The translations under genes and the position numbers were made by a program. From NCBI RefSeq assembly GCF_963921235.1, contig NC_086109.1, positions 36,210,001 to 36,274,000 on the forward strand: a stretch of 64,000 nucleotides of DNA, written 5' to 3'. How positions within the stretch are numbered: the stretch's first letter is position 1; every line of letters begins with the position of its first letter. Of the stretch, positions 49,141 to 61,590 are shown piece after piece. Below the pieces are notes generated by a model that saw only the letters and a program-made list of their open reading frames with translations, was not told where the DNA came from and did not search any database. Origin of the DNA: Mobula hypostoma. Its lineage: Eukaryota.

Positions 49141-52100
49141 CATAGAAACATAGAAACATAGAAAATAGGTGCAGGAGTAGGCCATTTGGCCCTTCGAGCC
49201 TGCACTGCCATTTATTATGATCATGGCTGATCATCCAACTCAGAACCCCGCCCCAGCCTTCCTTCCATACCCCCTGATCCCCGGAGCCACAAGGGCCATA
49301 TCTAACTCTCTCTTAAATATAGCCAATGAACTGGCCTCAACTGTTTCCTGTGGCAGAGAATTCCACAGATTCACCACTCTCTGTGTGAAGAAATTTTTCC
49401 TAATCTCGGTCCTAAAAGGCTTCCCCTCTATCCTCAAACTGTGGCCCCTCGTTCTGGACTTCCCCAACATCGGGAACAATCTTCCTGCATCTAGCCTGTC
49501 CAATCCCTTTAGGATCTTATACGTTTCAATCAGATGCCCCCTCAATCTTCTAAATTCCAACGAGTACAAGCCCAGTTCATCCAGTCTTTCTTCATATGAA
49601 AGTCCTGCCATCCCAGGAATCAATCTGGTGAACCTTCTTTGTACTCCCTCTATGGCAAGGATGTCTTTCCTCAGATTAGGGGACCAAAACTGCACACAAT
49701 ACTCCAGGTGTGGTCTCACCAAGGCCTTGTACAACTGCAGTAGTACCTCCCTGCTCCTGTACTCGAATCCTCTCGCTATAAATGCCAGCATACCATTCGC
49801 CTTTTTCACTGCCTGCTGTACCTGCATGCCCACTTTCAATGACTGGTGTATAATGACACCCAGGTCTCGTTGCACCTCCCCTTTTCCTAATCGGCCACCA
49901 TTCAGATAATAATCTGTTTTCCTATTTTTGCCACCAAAGTGGATAACTTCACATTTATCCACATTAAATTGCATCTGCCATGAATTTGCCCACTCACCCA
50001 ACCTATCCAAGTCACCCTGCATCCTCTTAGCATCCTCCTCACAGCTAACACTGCCACCCAGCTTCGTGTCATCCGCAAACTTGGAGATGCTGCATTTAAT
50101 TCCCTCATCCAAGTCATTAATATATATTGTAAACAACTGGGGTCCAGCACTGAGCCTTGCAGTACCCCACTAGTCACCGCCTGCCATTCTGAAAAGGTCC
50201 CGTTTATTCCCACTCTTTGCTTCCTGTCTGCTAACCAATTCTCCACCCACACCAATACCTTACCCCCAATACCGTGTGCTTTAAGTTTGCACACTAATCT
50301 CCTGTGTGGGACCTTGTCAAAAGCCTTTTGAAAATCCAAATATACCACATCCACTGGTTCTCCCCTGTCCACTCTACTAGTTACATCCTCAAAAAATTCT
50401 ATGAAATTCGTCAGACATGATTTTCCTTTCACAAATCCATGCTGACTTTGTCCAATCATTTCACCGCTTTCCAAATGTGCTGTTATCACATCTTTGATAA
50501 CTGACTCCAGCAGTTTCCCCACCACCGACGTTAGGCTAACCGGTCTATAATTCCCCGGTTTCTCTCTCCCTCCTTTTTTAAAAAGTGGAGTTACATTAGC
50601 CACCCTCCAATCCTCAGGAACTAGTCCAGAATCTAACGAGTTTTGAAGGATTATCACTAATGCATCCATTATTTCTTGGGCTACTTCCTTAAGCACTCTA
50701 GGACGCAGACCATCTGGCCCTGGGGATTTATCTGCCTTCAATCCCTTCAATTTACCTAACACCACTTCCCTACTAACATGTATTTCGCTCGGTTCCTCCA
50801 TCTCACTGGACCCTCTGTCCCCTACTATTTCTGGAAGATTATTTATGTCCTCCTTAGTGAAGACAGAACCAAAGTAATTATTCAATTGGTCTGCCATGTC
50901 CTTGCTCCCCATAATCAATTCACCCGTTTCTGTCTGCAGGGGACCTACATTTGTCTTTCCAGTCTTTTCCTTTTTACATATCTATAAAAGCTTTTACAGT
51001 CCGTTTTTATGTTCCCTGCCAGTTTTCTCTCATAATCTTTTTTCCCCTTCCTAATTAAGCCCTTATTCTGCTGAACTCTGAATTTCTCCCAGTCCTCAGG
51101 TGAGCCACTTTCTCTGGCTAATTTGTATGCTTCTTCTTTGGACTTGATACTATCCCTAATTTCTCTTGTCAGCCACGGGTGCACTACCTTCCTTGATTTA
51201 TTCTTTTGCCAAACTGGGATGAACAATTGTTGTAGTTCATCCATGCAACCTTTAAATGCTTGCCATTGCATATCCACCGTCAATCCTTTAAGTGTCATTT
51301 GCCAGTCTATCTTAGCTAATTCACGTCTCATACCTTCAAAGTTACCCCTCTTTAGGTTCAGAACCTTTGTTTCTGAATTAACTACGTCACTCTCCATCTT
51401 AATGAAGAATTCCACCATATTATGGTCACTCTCACCCAAGGGGCCTCTCATGACAAGATTGCTAATTAACCCTTCCTCATTGCTCAAAACCCAGTCCAGA
51501 ATAGCCTGCTCTCTAGTCGGTTCCTCGACATGTTGGTTCAAAAAACCATCCCGTATACATTCCAAGAAATCCTCTTCCTCAGCACCTTTACCAATTTGGT
51601 TCACCCAATCTACATGTAGATTGAAGTCACCCATTATAACTGCTGTTCCTTTATTGCACACATTCCTAATTTCCTGTTTAATACCATCTCCGACCTCACT
51701 ACTACTGTTAGGTGGCCTGTACACAACTCCCACCAGCGTCTTCTGCCCCTTAGTGTTACGCAGCTCTACCCATATCGATTCCACATCTTCCCGGTTTATG
51801 TCCTTCCTTTCTATTGCGTTAATCTCTTCTTTAACCAGCAACGCCACCCCACCTCCCCTTCCTTCATGTCTATCCCTCCTGAATATTGAATATCCCTGAA
51901 CGTTGAGCTCCCATCCCTGGTCACCCTGGAGCCATGTCTCTGTGATCCCAACTATATCATAATCATTAATAACAATCTGCACTTTCAATTCATCCACCTT
52001 ATTACGAATGCTCCTTGCATTGACACATAAAGCCTTCAGGCGCTCTTTTACAACTCTCTTAGCCCTTATACAATTATGTTGAAAAGTGGCCCTTTTTAAT

Positions 52101-52454
52101 GCTTGCCCTGGTTTTGTCAGCCTGCCACTTTTACTTTTCTCCTTAGTACTTTTTGCTTCTACCCTCACTTTACACCCCTCTGCCTCTCTGCACTGGTTCC
52201 CATCCCTCTGTTGTGAACTAACCTCCTCACGCCTAGCCTCTTTAATTTGATTCCCACCCCCCAACCATTCTAGTTTAAAGTCACCTCAGTAGCCCCCCGC
52301 TAATCTCCCTGCCAGGATATTGGTCCCCCTAGGATTCAAGTGTAACCCGTCCTTTTTGTACAGGTCACGCCTGCGCCAAAAGAGGTCCCAATGATCCAAA
52401 AACTTGAATCCCTGACCCCTGTTCCAATCCCTCAGCCACGCACTTATCCTCCAC
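49141..52454 (-). mobile_element. CR1 LINE with near-complete ORF2 (APE + RT, two frameshifts) and the end of an esterase-type ORF1; young subfamily
   Basis: ORFs 50945..52264 (CVNARSIRNK, GITETW, VVYRPP, MGDFN, ESDH), 49902..50918 and 49240..50136. Upstream DLYKKDGLHLNPRGTNILAGR. (CATAGAAA)x3 tail at 49141-49164. Confidence 0.97.
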
Positions 52455-53079
52455 GAGCATTCCAAAACATAATTTAATTGGGATGTTAAATAAAATTACA
52501 TCCTGTTAATTTGTTAGGTTTAATGTGAACCAATCATTGCATCTAATACAGTAATTGAAGTGGTATATAGTGTAGGGATGGACAGTGAATATAGCCAATT
52601 GCACAAAGTAATGGGATTACCATTAGTGTAATTTGTAAACAAAACGTTGCCTTCGGTGCGTGAAGTAGGTGTGCAGTTGAACAGCAAATGATTGTTTTAG
52701 TCAATTTTCTTGCGATCACAAGACCCTGTTAGACATTGGTAATGTGGAGTCCTGCAAATCTGTTTCGATGGTTTATTGGGAGGGCTGATGGCGGGGGAGT
52801 TGCATGGCCTCTGTTTTGTTTGGCTGTATTCGTGCCATTAAACTTGAATTAAACATGAGTGCTATTTGTGATGAAACTGGTGGATGATCTATGCTTTTAA
52901 AATTATTGATTCTGCACACCATAAAAGCAATGTACAAATCTATTTACATATTGCAAAACCAACTAGACTTAACATTCTGATAATACGTTGGAGAAACTAA
53001 GATATTACATCTCAAATCATACACAAGATTTTAAACTATTCTTGTTAATACACATGATTGGAACCTTCTTAATGAGAGA

Positions 53080-53630
53080 CCTCAGAGGAGAATGATCAGA
53101 CTGGTTCAAGCTGACAGGAAGGCGACAGTAACTCAAATAACCAGGTATTACAATAGTGCTGTGCAGAAGAGCATCTCTGAATGTGCCACAAGTTGTACCT
53201 TGAAGTGAATGGGCAACAGCAGCAGAAGGCAACAGAAATGCACTTAGTAGCCACTTTATTAGGTACAGGAAGTACCTACTAATGTGCCCACTGAGTGGAT
53301 GTGGAGATGTGTGATGCAAGTTCCGTGCTATCAATAGGCTCTGATTTATGTTGTGCATGAAAATACCTGGAGACCAGAAGCTTCTGAGATACTCAAACCT
53401 CCCCGTCTGACACCAGCAATCATTCCATGGTCAAAGTCACTTAAATCACATTTCTTCCCTTTTCTGAAGTTTGATCTGAACAACAATTGAACCCCTTGAC
53501 CATTTCTGCATGCTTTTACGCATTGATTTGTTGACGCATAATTGGTTGATTAGATATTTGCATTAATGTGTAAAGTATACAGTATAATGAGCAGATGTGC
53601 CAGTGTAGCTAATAAAGTGGCCACTGAGAG
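53080..53630. mobile_element. Tc1/mariner remnants: transposase HTH fragment, a 57-bp TIR palindrome (53241-53297) and a right TIR
   Basis: QRRMIRLVQADRKATVTQITRYYNSAVQKSISE; cacttagtagccactttattaggtac...gtacctactaatgtgcccactgagtg; ctaataaagtggccactgag at ~53609-53628. Confidence 0.75.
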
Positions 53631-55799
53631 TAATTTAACAGAGACCATATGAAGTCTTGAACCATTGAGGCAATGCAATTGGCTCAAAATTCAATCAGAA
53701 TAAAATCCCAGAGGAGCAGGTTGTTTTCTTTTATGCCTAAAATATTTGGTTTAATGTGTATACCAGTTTGAAACAATGTGACTAATGAGGTCTTGCTTGT
53801 ACATCGCTTTAACTTCATGAGATTACCCTCTATTGTAAGCACAATACATATATGTCCAATATGTCAAAAATGACTATATAGAAAAATGAAACTACAAACA
53901 TTACACAGTTAGATGTATGAGCTCATCCAAGTTGTTTTCTTTATTGTTTTTTCAGGTAAATACGTCTCCAGGTAAGATTGGAGAGCAAGTTCTGAACCTA
54001 AGCCAGTATGTTCAGGTAATTCATGACAGGTATCAGTTGTTCTCTGAATGCACTGCGACAATGGAGTTAATGTTCCTGCAGATTGTTTAATTGCTTGAAG
54101 GCAAAGATCGCTGGAACTGATTTCATGACTGACAGGAAACTCACCTCTTGAAAGCACAAAAGCTGTTAAGGTTAACCTAACTGAACAGCAGTTTAGATAA
54201 GCCCAGGCACTCACAATGTTACCTAAAGCTAAGCAATATCCCTTTTCCTAGATATCCTAAATTGCTGATATAATCTAATTTACAAAGAGATTAATGCACA
54301 TATTTACATTTTATTTCAAATTAAAACCTAGTGTTGAACATGTTGAGCCATGCAAGTAGCATCTAAAACAATACTATATTATACTTCATTGCAGAAAATG
54401 TAACATGTCAAGTGATTAATTTGTATAACAAAAATAGAAAACTCTGGAAGTACAGTACCGACTAGATAAGACAATATTTCTGGAGAGGGAAGCAGAGTGA
54501 ACAGACCAGATTTTTTAACATGGGCCTTCTACCTACAATTATTACTCTTCTAAATTTGCCCAATCTAAAAAGGGGCAGTTTATTTAGACAGCCAAATTAC
54601 CCCGAAGTTCACCCACAAGGCAGCAAGGTACCCAGGTCATTGGGAATTGCAAGCAAAACCTAGACCATCATTTCAGCTCAATTGCTTCTTTAATCAAAGT
54701 TAATTTAATTATTTAACAGAGAATTCCACTTGTTGAAAAGACAATATCTCACAGCCCTTTGGGTCTAGAAACCAGGCAGAAAGGATTTACAAACCTTCTG
54801 CAATGTGAAACTCCAAGCATAGTCAATAAACACTGAATTTTAAATTTATAAGGAAAATATTTCATTATTTTAAAGGAAATATTTGAAGATTAGATTGATA
54901 TAATGATGGGACTGTTGAAAACTTGTTAAGAAAAGTTGAGAACATTTTGTTTACTGGTATACTTCTTGTTGAGTTTCAAGAAAATAACTTTGTTTCTTCT
55001 TGCTAAGTAGTACTGTGCATCAGATCTTGTCTGATGGACCTGCTCAGCAACTTTTACTTAAAATCTTTCCTAAACTTCAGAAGAACAAATAAATTCTATT
55101 GTTTTTCTATGTTCTACAGTGAATGTTTGTGAGAAAATGAATCTTAGGGTAGAATATGGAGATACCTAGTACTTTGATAATAATTTTTCTTAGAATATTT
55201 ATAATCCAGTATTAAAAACTGAAGTCCTATTATAATGAAGGCAGACATGCAACTTAAAATGTTTTCACCCACTATCCTACATCCAAAGACCAAATTGCCT
55301 GCCTGTTCCACATCCCATCTCTTTAATCTTGAATTAAGTGGGATAGATAAGGCTTGGATTCCTGTTACTGATGCTTAATGTTTTAATTTCCCACTTGACT
55401 TTTTATTTTATATTTTTTTCATTTAAAGTTAAAATTACATAGGAATTAAATTGCAGTTTTCTTCATAGACTAATCCCATGATACTAAACTTTTTCAAATT
55501 CCCCATTATTCATATTGAATATGATTATCTATACACCAGAAAAAAAATGCTTGTTCAGGAGTGGTAATCTTTAAGTTTATACAAGCTATTTTTATCTTTT
55601 CTAAATGAATCCATACAGCTCGTGTTATTGTAAATTTGACTTGTGGTTGATGTTGTACAATGGAGTTACGCCCACTGGAAACCAAACTCGGTTAAACAAT
55701 TTTCAGTCAATTGCACTCGGATAGTACCCACTAAACACTTAGCCATTTCCTGAATCTAATGAACATTTAGGATTTAATATGTTAATACTAGATAAATGA

Positions 55800-56260
55800 A
55801 TTGGGTAGGGGAGGGAAGAGTATAGTCAGTATCGGGTGTGGTGGAGGTGGGTCATGGGTAGGGATGGAAATTTTGCTGGGTGAGAAACTCTTCGAGTGTG
55901 GCTGGGTTGTAGCAGAGGAACATGAAGAGACTGTGTGGAGAATTGGGCTGGAGGGGCACACAGTGAGCGTGGTTGGGAAGGCAGTCCAGCGGTCAGTCTC
56001 GTGAGGCTGCACTAGGAATGTGGGGGGAAGTAGCTGGTGATGCTATGAGGGTGATCAAAGGATTTGGGTTCATGCTGGACTGAAGTGGCTTGTGACTGTC
56101 CTCAGGATTTGATGTACAAGAAGAGAGGGTAGGGAGATGAGGGGCTAGAAATGTAGGGACTGGGGTGAGTCTCATCAGATAGGCTCTGGAAGTGTCCCTG
56201 TGAAGCATGGGTTGGGAAGGGTTTAGAATGGGTGGTGATGAGGGCAGCAGATAATTAACT
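55800..56260 (-). mobile_element. Possible highly decayed PLE remnant
   Basis: Purine-rich tract whose reverse strand gives HRDTSRAYL and LCYNPATLEE, faint echoes of PLE RRDRSL and YCKDEATLRLEE. Confidence 0.3.
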
Positions 56261-56519
56261 TCAGAGAGGAGTTGAGGCCAGTATTGTTCACACATCAAGG
56301 GGCTGGGTGGCCTAATCCTGCTCCCATTTTCTTGTTTTTCTGTTGTTTTTTTAGGTCTGTACAGATGGTTTTAGGGACAGAGTTTAGGTTCAGGTTAGGG
56401 TTTAGGGATAGGGGTATGGGGGAACTTAGAGGTCACACTAGAGTCTAAGCCCCTACTCCATATTTGAAGACTCATGATGTGGTCGTAGGTCATCCATGGA
56501 CAAATGCCAGGCCAACAGA

Positions 56520-57157
56520 CCGGCGTGGACGAGGACTGATGGCACCCCTCAGTGAGTAAGATGTCACTGGGTTCCAGAGTCGAAGTTTCATGCTGGCAGG
56601 AGGGATGAGATCTGATGACCCCCTGGGTTTGCAAATTGTTAAGACCAGTGATTCAGATCTAGTTTTTGGCATCTCATCATCACGGGTCCAGAGTTTGAGT
56701 CCTAATGTTTGGTAATCAACAGATCCTGGGGTAAATTTCATGGAACTCGGCCCAAGGGTTGATCAGAAGTCTGCAAATCAAGATCCTCGAGTCTGCAAAT
56801 ATATGCCTATTTTCTGGGGAAATCAAATCCCTAATATCTGCGAGTCCCAGTCTGCTGGAGGCTGGAGGTCGAAAATGCTTGTCCTGGGGTTGGAGGAATA
56901 TGGATGTGCATGGGTGTGCGGGTGAAAGATAGGTACATGGCTTATTTTACTGTTATTTTTCTAGTTGTTATTGTTCTGCCAAGCATCGTAAATATTGCTA
57001 TGTTGGCACTATAATATTATGCACTATAGTGTGTGACACTTGTGGTCTGCCCCCAGCATATCCTTGAGCGTGCAGATTGTAAATGTAAATGATACATTTC
57101 ACTGTATGTTCTGATGTACCCGGTGACAAATACTGTAATACTGAATCTTGAATCTTG
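56520..57157 (+). mobile_element. Unclassified retroposon remnant with (GAATCTT)n tail
   Basis: 3' end tttcactgtatgttctgatgtacc...tgacaaat...ctgaatcttgaatcttg. 5' boundary uncertain. Confidence 0.45.
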
Positions 57158-57965
57158 CAATTCTGAAGCGAGAAATACTTTGATCAACAGCAATTATGAC
57201 AAAAATAAAAGGTCTTCATTGGGCATTTACTTCACCTACAGTTCTCGAAACCACACTTAAATGCAGCAATAAACGTGACAGAATATTTTCCAGAAGATCA
57301 GCAAATTAAAAGAATTAATGCATTTCAGTAAAAAAATACAATTAAATCAAAACTTTTATTAACAGTGAACAACTTTGTCTTTATTTTTAACTAGAGAAAA
57401 ATAAATTAGATGAAAGCCTTTTCTAAGAAAAAGGAATATTCACGAAAAGTTACTAATTTTATTATCTTACTCTCTTGTAAGTTATTATATAACAATTTTG
57501 TACTACTTTGCAAAGTATCAAAGATGATTCAACATAATTTTATGGGATCATGAAATAATGTCAATCTAATCTAAATGCATGTACAGCATTGATGAATGTA
57601 CTAAGTATTCGTAAATGTTTACTGAATACATTTAAAATAGGAAACATGAAGTACGTATTTAAATTTAATTTTGCAATTCCTGCCATAAACATATTGTTAG
57701 ATTATGTGCAGTATGTCTATTCTGTTAAACTGTAACTTTTATCTCTGTTCTTCCATTATACACAATTTTAAGCAGTTGATTTCATTATGCAACAGCAGTA
57801 TATACAGAAATTTAAATTTGTGTTTTTTTTAGGAGAGAAACAATTAAATTCATGTGCATTATATACATATTGGTTAAAATGAATGGTCTCTATGGGTGTA
57901 ATCATTCATGAGCAACATGCTGTATTTAGTTACTTACACCTCTCTTGCCGTCCATCTATACATAC

Positions 57966-58794
57966 TGTTACGTACCCCGTAACTGGGTTGCCAAACCAGC
58001 AGAAATGGACCACTTCGTTGGAGTCTGGATTACTAGAACTAAGAAAGTTTTATTAAAGAAATAAGCAACACAGTGCTCTAATCATAAGGATATAAATGCA
58101 ACAGTTTAGCAATGATAAGACACACATGTACATAGAACTAGGATAATAGGATCAATCAAGCTGTATCGCAGTCTAGGTGTAAAATGATCAGTCTCAAGTG
58201 ACACAGAGTTCAGTTCAATTTAGTTCAGTTCGCAGTAATCGCTGTTGTGCCATTGGGGAGGGAGAGAGAGCGAATGAATTTGCAAATCGGATTCCAAACA
58301 GACCTTCGATGTTCCTCGCAGTTAGCTTTCGGGCGAGCCCTTTGTAATGTCTTCTGAGGTCACCGACTGTGACCTCTCCGTTCCAGATACGATCGTTCTT
58401 CTGCAGTGAACCCGGCACCCGGGCAAGGGCGGAGACACACACCAGGTTCCCACCGACCCGTACCTTTCTACCCTGTGCGTCTATGAGCTGGTCCCGCGAC
58501 CGGACCTCCAAAACTCCCACCAACTAGTGGGGGCACGCTGCTTCCAGGGTCTCATTACCTCGTGGTGTCGTGGTATCTGTTGCCTTAGCGAACCTGTCCC
58601 TTTTATCCCCCTGCTGTTGTATCGCCTGTCCATCAAACTTCAAACAGTTCAGGTTCAAGGCAACCAGTCTTGACAATACTTGGAACTGTTTCTCCTTTTC
58701 GTTAATCTCTGTCATCCCCCATTAGCATTTCTGAATGTTCCCCCATTGTCCTCTTATCGGCATCAATCTTCTGATAATTTGGTCTGTTGTCACA
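57966..58794 (-). mobile_element. Solo LTR (829 bp), Gypsy-like, with 4-bp TSD
   Basis: Begins TGTTAC and ends GTCACA. ATAC at 57962-57965 and 58795-58798. AATAAA on the minus strand at ~58049-58054. CpG-rich interior. Confidence 0.85.
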
Positions 58795-58999
58795 ATACAC
58801 ACCTGTTCTACAATGTTAAAACTCTTAATGGACGTGTGTCATGATGCATAATTTCATTTCTGTCTTGTTCCCTTTTCATGATAACAATGAGCAATTCTGA
58901 GAAATAAACAGAAAATGCAGATAATAACAGCATCCATTGGAGAGAGAAGTTATGTTAATATTTCAGATCAAAGCCTTTCCCTAAGATTTACTCTCCAGG

Positions 59000-60600
59000 G
59001 AAATTCAAAGTTCACATTTATTAACAAAGTACATATATGCCTCCATATACTACCCTGAGATTCACTTTCTTGTGGGCATTCACAGTAAGTAGAAAGAAAC
59101 AGAATAGAATCAATGAAGAACTGCGCACAAATATATAAAGACAAACAATCAATGTGTAAAAAGCAACAAATTGTGTAAATATAGAAAAAAGATGAACATA
59201 ATAACAATAAATAAATAAACAATAAATATTGAAAACATGAGTTGTAAAATCCTTGGAAATGAGTCCACAGGTTGTGGAATCAGCTCAGTTTTAGAGTGAG
59301 TGAAATTATCCACTCTGGTTCAGGAGCCCAATGGTTAACTGTATCTGAACATGCTCGTGTGCACCCTGAGACTCCTGCACCTCCTCCCTAATGGCAGCAG
59401 CAAGAAGAGGGCATGGTCTGAATGCTGGGGGTACTTGATGCTGGATGCTGCTTTCCTGCAACAGTATTTCATGTAGATGTGCTCATTTGCGGGCAGGTCT
59501 TTACCTGTGACAGACTGGGCTGTATCCAAACTTCTCCATTCATGTGCATTGGCGTTTCCATATCGTGTCATGATGCAACCAGTCAGGGTACTCTCCACTG
59601 CGCATCTAAGGAAGTTTGTCAAAGTTTAGATGTCATGCAAGTTTTCGGAAGCTTCTCAGAAAGTAGAGGCACTGTCTTGTCTTTGTCTTGGCAGTTATGT
59701 GCTAGACACAGGACTGATCCACTGCATTGATAACGCTGAGGAATTTAAAGCTGTTGACCTCTCCACCTCTGATCCTCTGGTGAAGACTGACTCATAGATT
59801 TCCGATTTCCTCCTCCTGTAGTCAATAATCAGCTCTTTGACGCTATTGACATTAAGCCAGAGGTTACTGTTGTGGCACCATTCAAACAGATTTTCAATCT
59901 CCCCCCTATATACTGATTTGTCACCATTTTCGATTTGGTTCATGACAGTGGTGTTGTTAGGAAACTTAAATATGGCTTTGGAGATGTACTTAGCCTCAGA
60001 GTCATAAGTATAAAGCACACAGACTTGTGGCGTACCAGTCCTGATGGTGATTGTGGAGGAGACGTTGCCAATCCAAAGTGACTGTGGTCTGCAAGTATGA
60101 AAATCAAGGATCCAGTTGCACAAGAAGGTATTGGGGCCTATCTCTAGGAGCTTATTGATTTGTTTCAAGAGGATTATAGTGAATGTAGAGCTGTCATCAA
60201 TGAAGAGCATCCTGATGTATGCATCTTCTCTGTTCTTCATCTCCAGCATTGAGTAATGAGGCAATGAAATGGTATTGGCTGTAGACCTGTTGTGACGTCA
60301 GTCAACTTGCAATGGGTCCAAGTCGCTCCTCAGGCAGGAGTTGATACTTTCATCACCAACCCCTCAAAGCACTTCATCACCGTGGATGTAAGTGCCATTG
60401 AACGATAGTCATTCAGGCAGGTTATCACGTTGTTCTTGGGAACTGGTATAATTGAAGCCTGTTTGAAGCAGATGGGTAATTTAGACTGCTAAAGTGAGAA
60501 GTTAAAGAAATTAGTGAACACTCCAACCAGTTGATTAGCACAGGTCATCAGTACTTGGCCAGGTACACTGTCTGGGCTAGATGCTTTCTGTAGGCTCAAT
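59000..60600 (-). mobile_element. Rex1/Babar LINE, decayed (RT to 3' tail)
   Basis: YIRMLFIDDSSTF, CNWILDF, TGTPQVCVL, AVESTLTGCIMTRYG and CANQLVGVFTNFFNFSL. Reversed tail aaattcaaagttcacatttatt at ~59001-59022. Confidence 0.88.
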
Positions 60601-61172
60601 CTATTGAAGGATGAATGTCCTGCTGAATAACTCCAATAGGTATTAAAATACCATTCTCGCTCTATTTTTGCCATCACAGATCAGATGTGGAAGATGGCAA
60701 CCAACAGCAAGGCACATTTTAAAGGTTTGTTGTCTTTATTTTAATAGTTTAAAATTATCTCAAGTTACTTTATGTTCCAAACTTAATGCTGAAAATCTCT
60801 ACTTAGAATGAACGTGTTCCCATTGTGCCATTATTGTGTGTTCCTTATGGATTCCGCTAAATTCAGATGTTACTATTGCTTAGTAAAATTGATTAGACAG
60901 CAGCATTTACTGACAAGCTGATTTGAAAGAACTCTAGAATTTCAGCTTTTAATGAAAATTAAACTATTTGTCTTAAAAAGTCCTACATGTTGCTCAATAT
61001 CAAATGAGAAGCAAAAAAAAAGATGAATGCAATGAATGTTCATAATTGTGATTGTTGAAATATTTAAAATTACTGTAGAGCATTTATAGCTTTCCTATGA
61101 TGAGGTGACTGGAAATGTGTGTAGTACTCAAACTGGCATTGTATGCAATTCCAGCACAACGTTAGTTATTAA

Positions 61173-61590
61173 CCCTTATATACTGTCCGGGTCAAATTTG
61201 ACCCATTTTGACATTCAACAGCAGTAAAAACACCCTAAATGCCATTATTTTAGCTGAAATTTGATGGCTTTTCCTAAAGTGACCCAAAATATGCAAAAAT
61301 GAAAATATTTAAAATTTTATACTTTGATACAGGTGCTGCAAATTTTTGTACATTGAGGCTGTTCCGGGTCAAATTTGACCCGTATGTATTAAAATGGATT
61401 TTAGATCTTTGAAACATTAATTAAGGATTAATCATCCATTTATTAATGTCAGATAGGTGATTTATGCATTCTAAATAGATCTGTGGTTCAAAATTTGGTA
61501 TAGACGCTTGTTATGAGGGGATTCTTGGACCAGTTCAAAATTGACCCAGACCATACTGTGAAGGTATAGAATATGAACAGGTTGCCTGGG
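61173..61590. mobile_element. piggyBac-like non-autonomous DNA transposon (MITE), 418 bp
   Basis: TTAA|CCC at 61169-61175 and GGG|TTAA at 61588-61594. Palindrome GGGTCAAATTTGACCC at ~61188-61204 and ~61366-61381, with variants at ~61486 and ~61533. Confidence 0.75.

Noticed and set aside
49217..51899. Long plus-strand ORFs of 230 aa and 258 aa
   Set aside because: Antisense shadows of CR1 ORF2. The same peptides recur opposite the other CR1 copies.
53909..54214. 101-aa minus-strand ORF in non-repetitive DNA
   Set aside because: No recognisable homology, a non-ATG start and no convincing splice pair.
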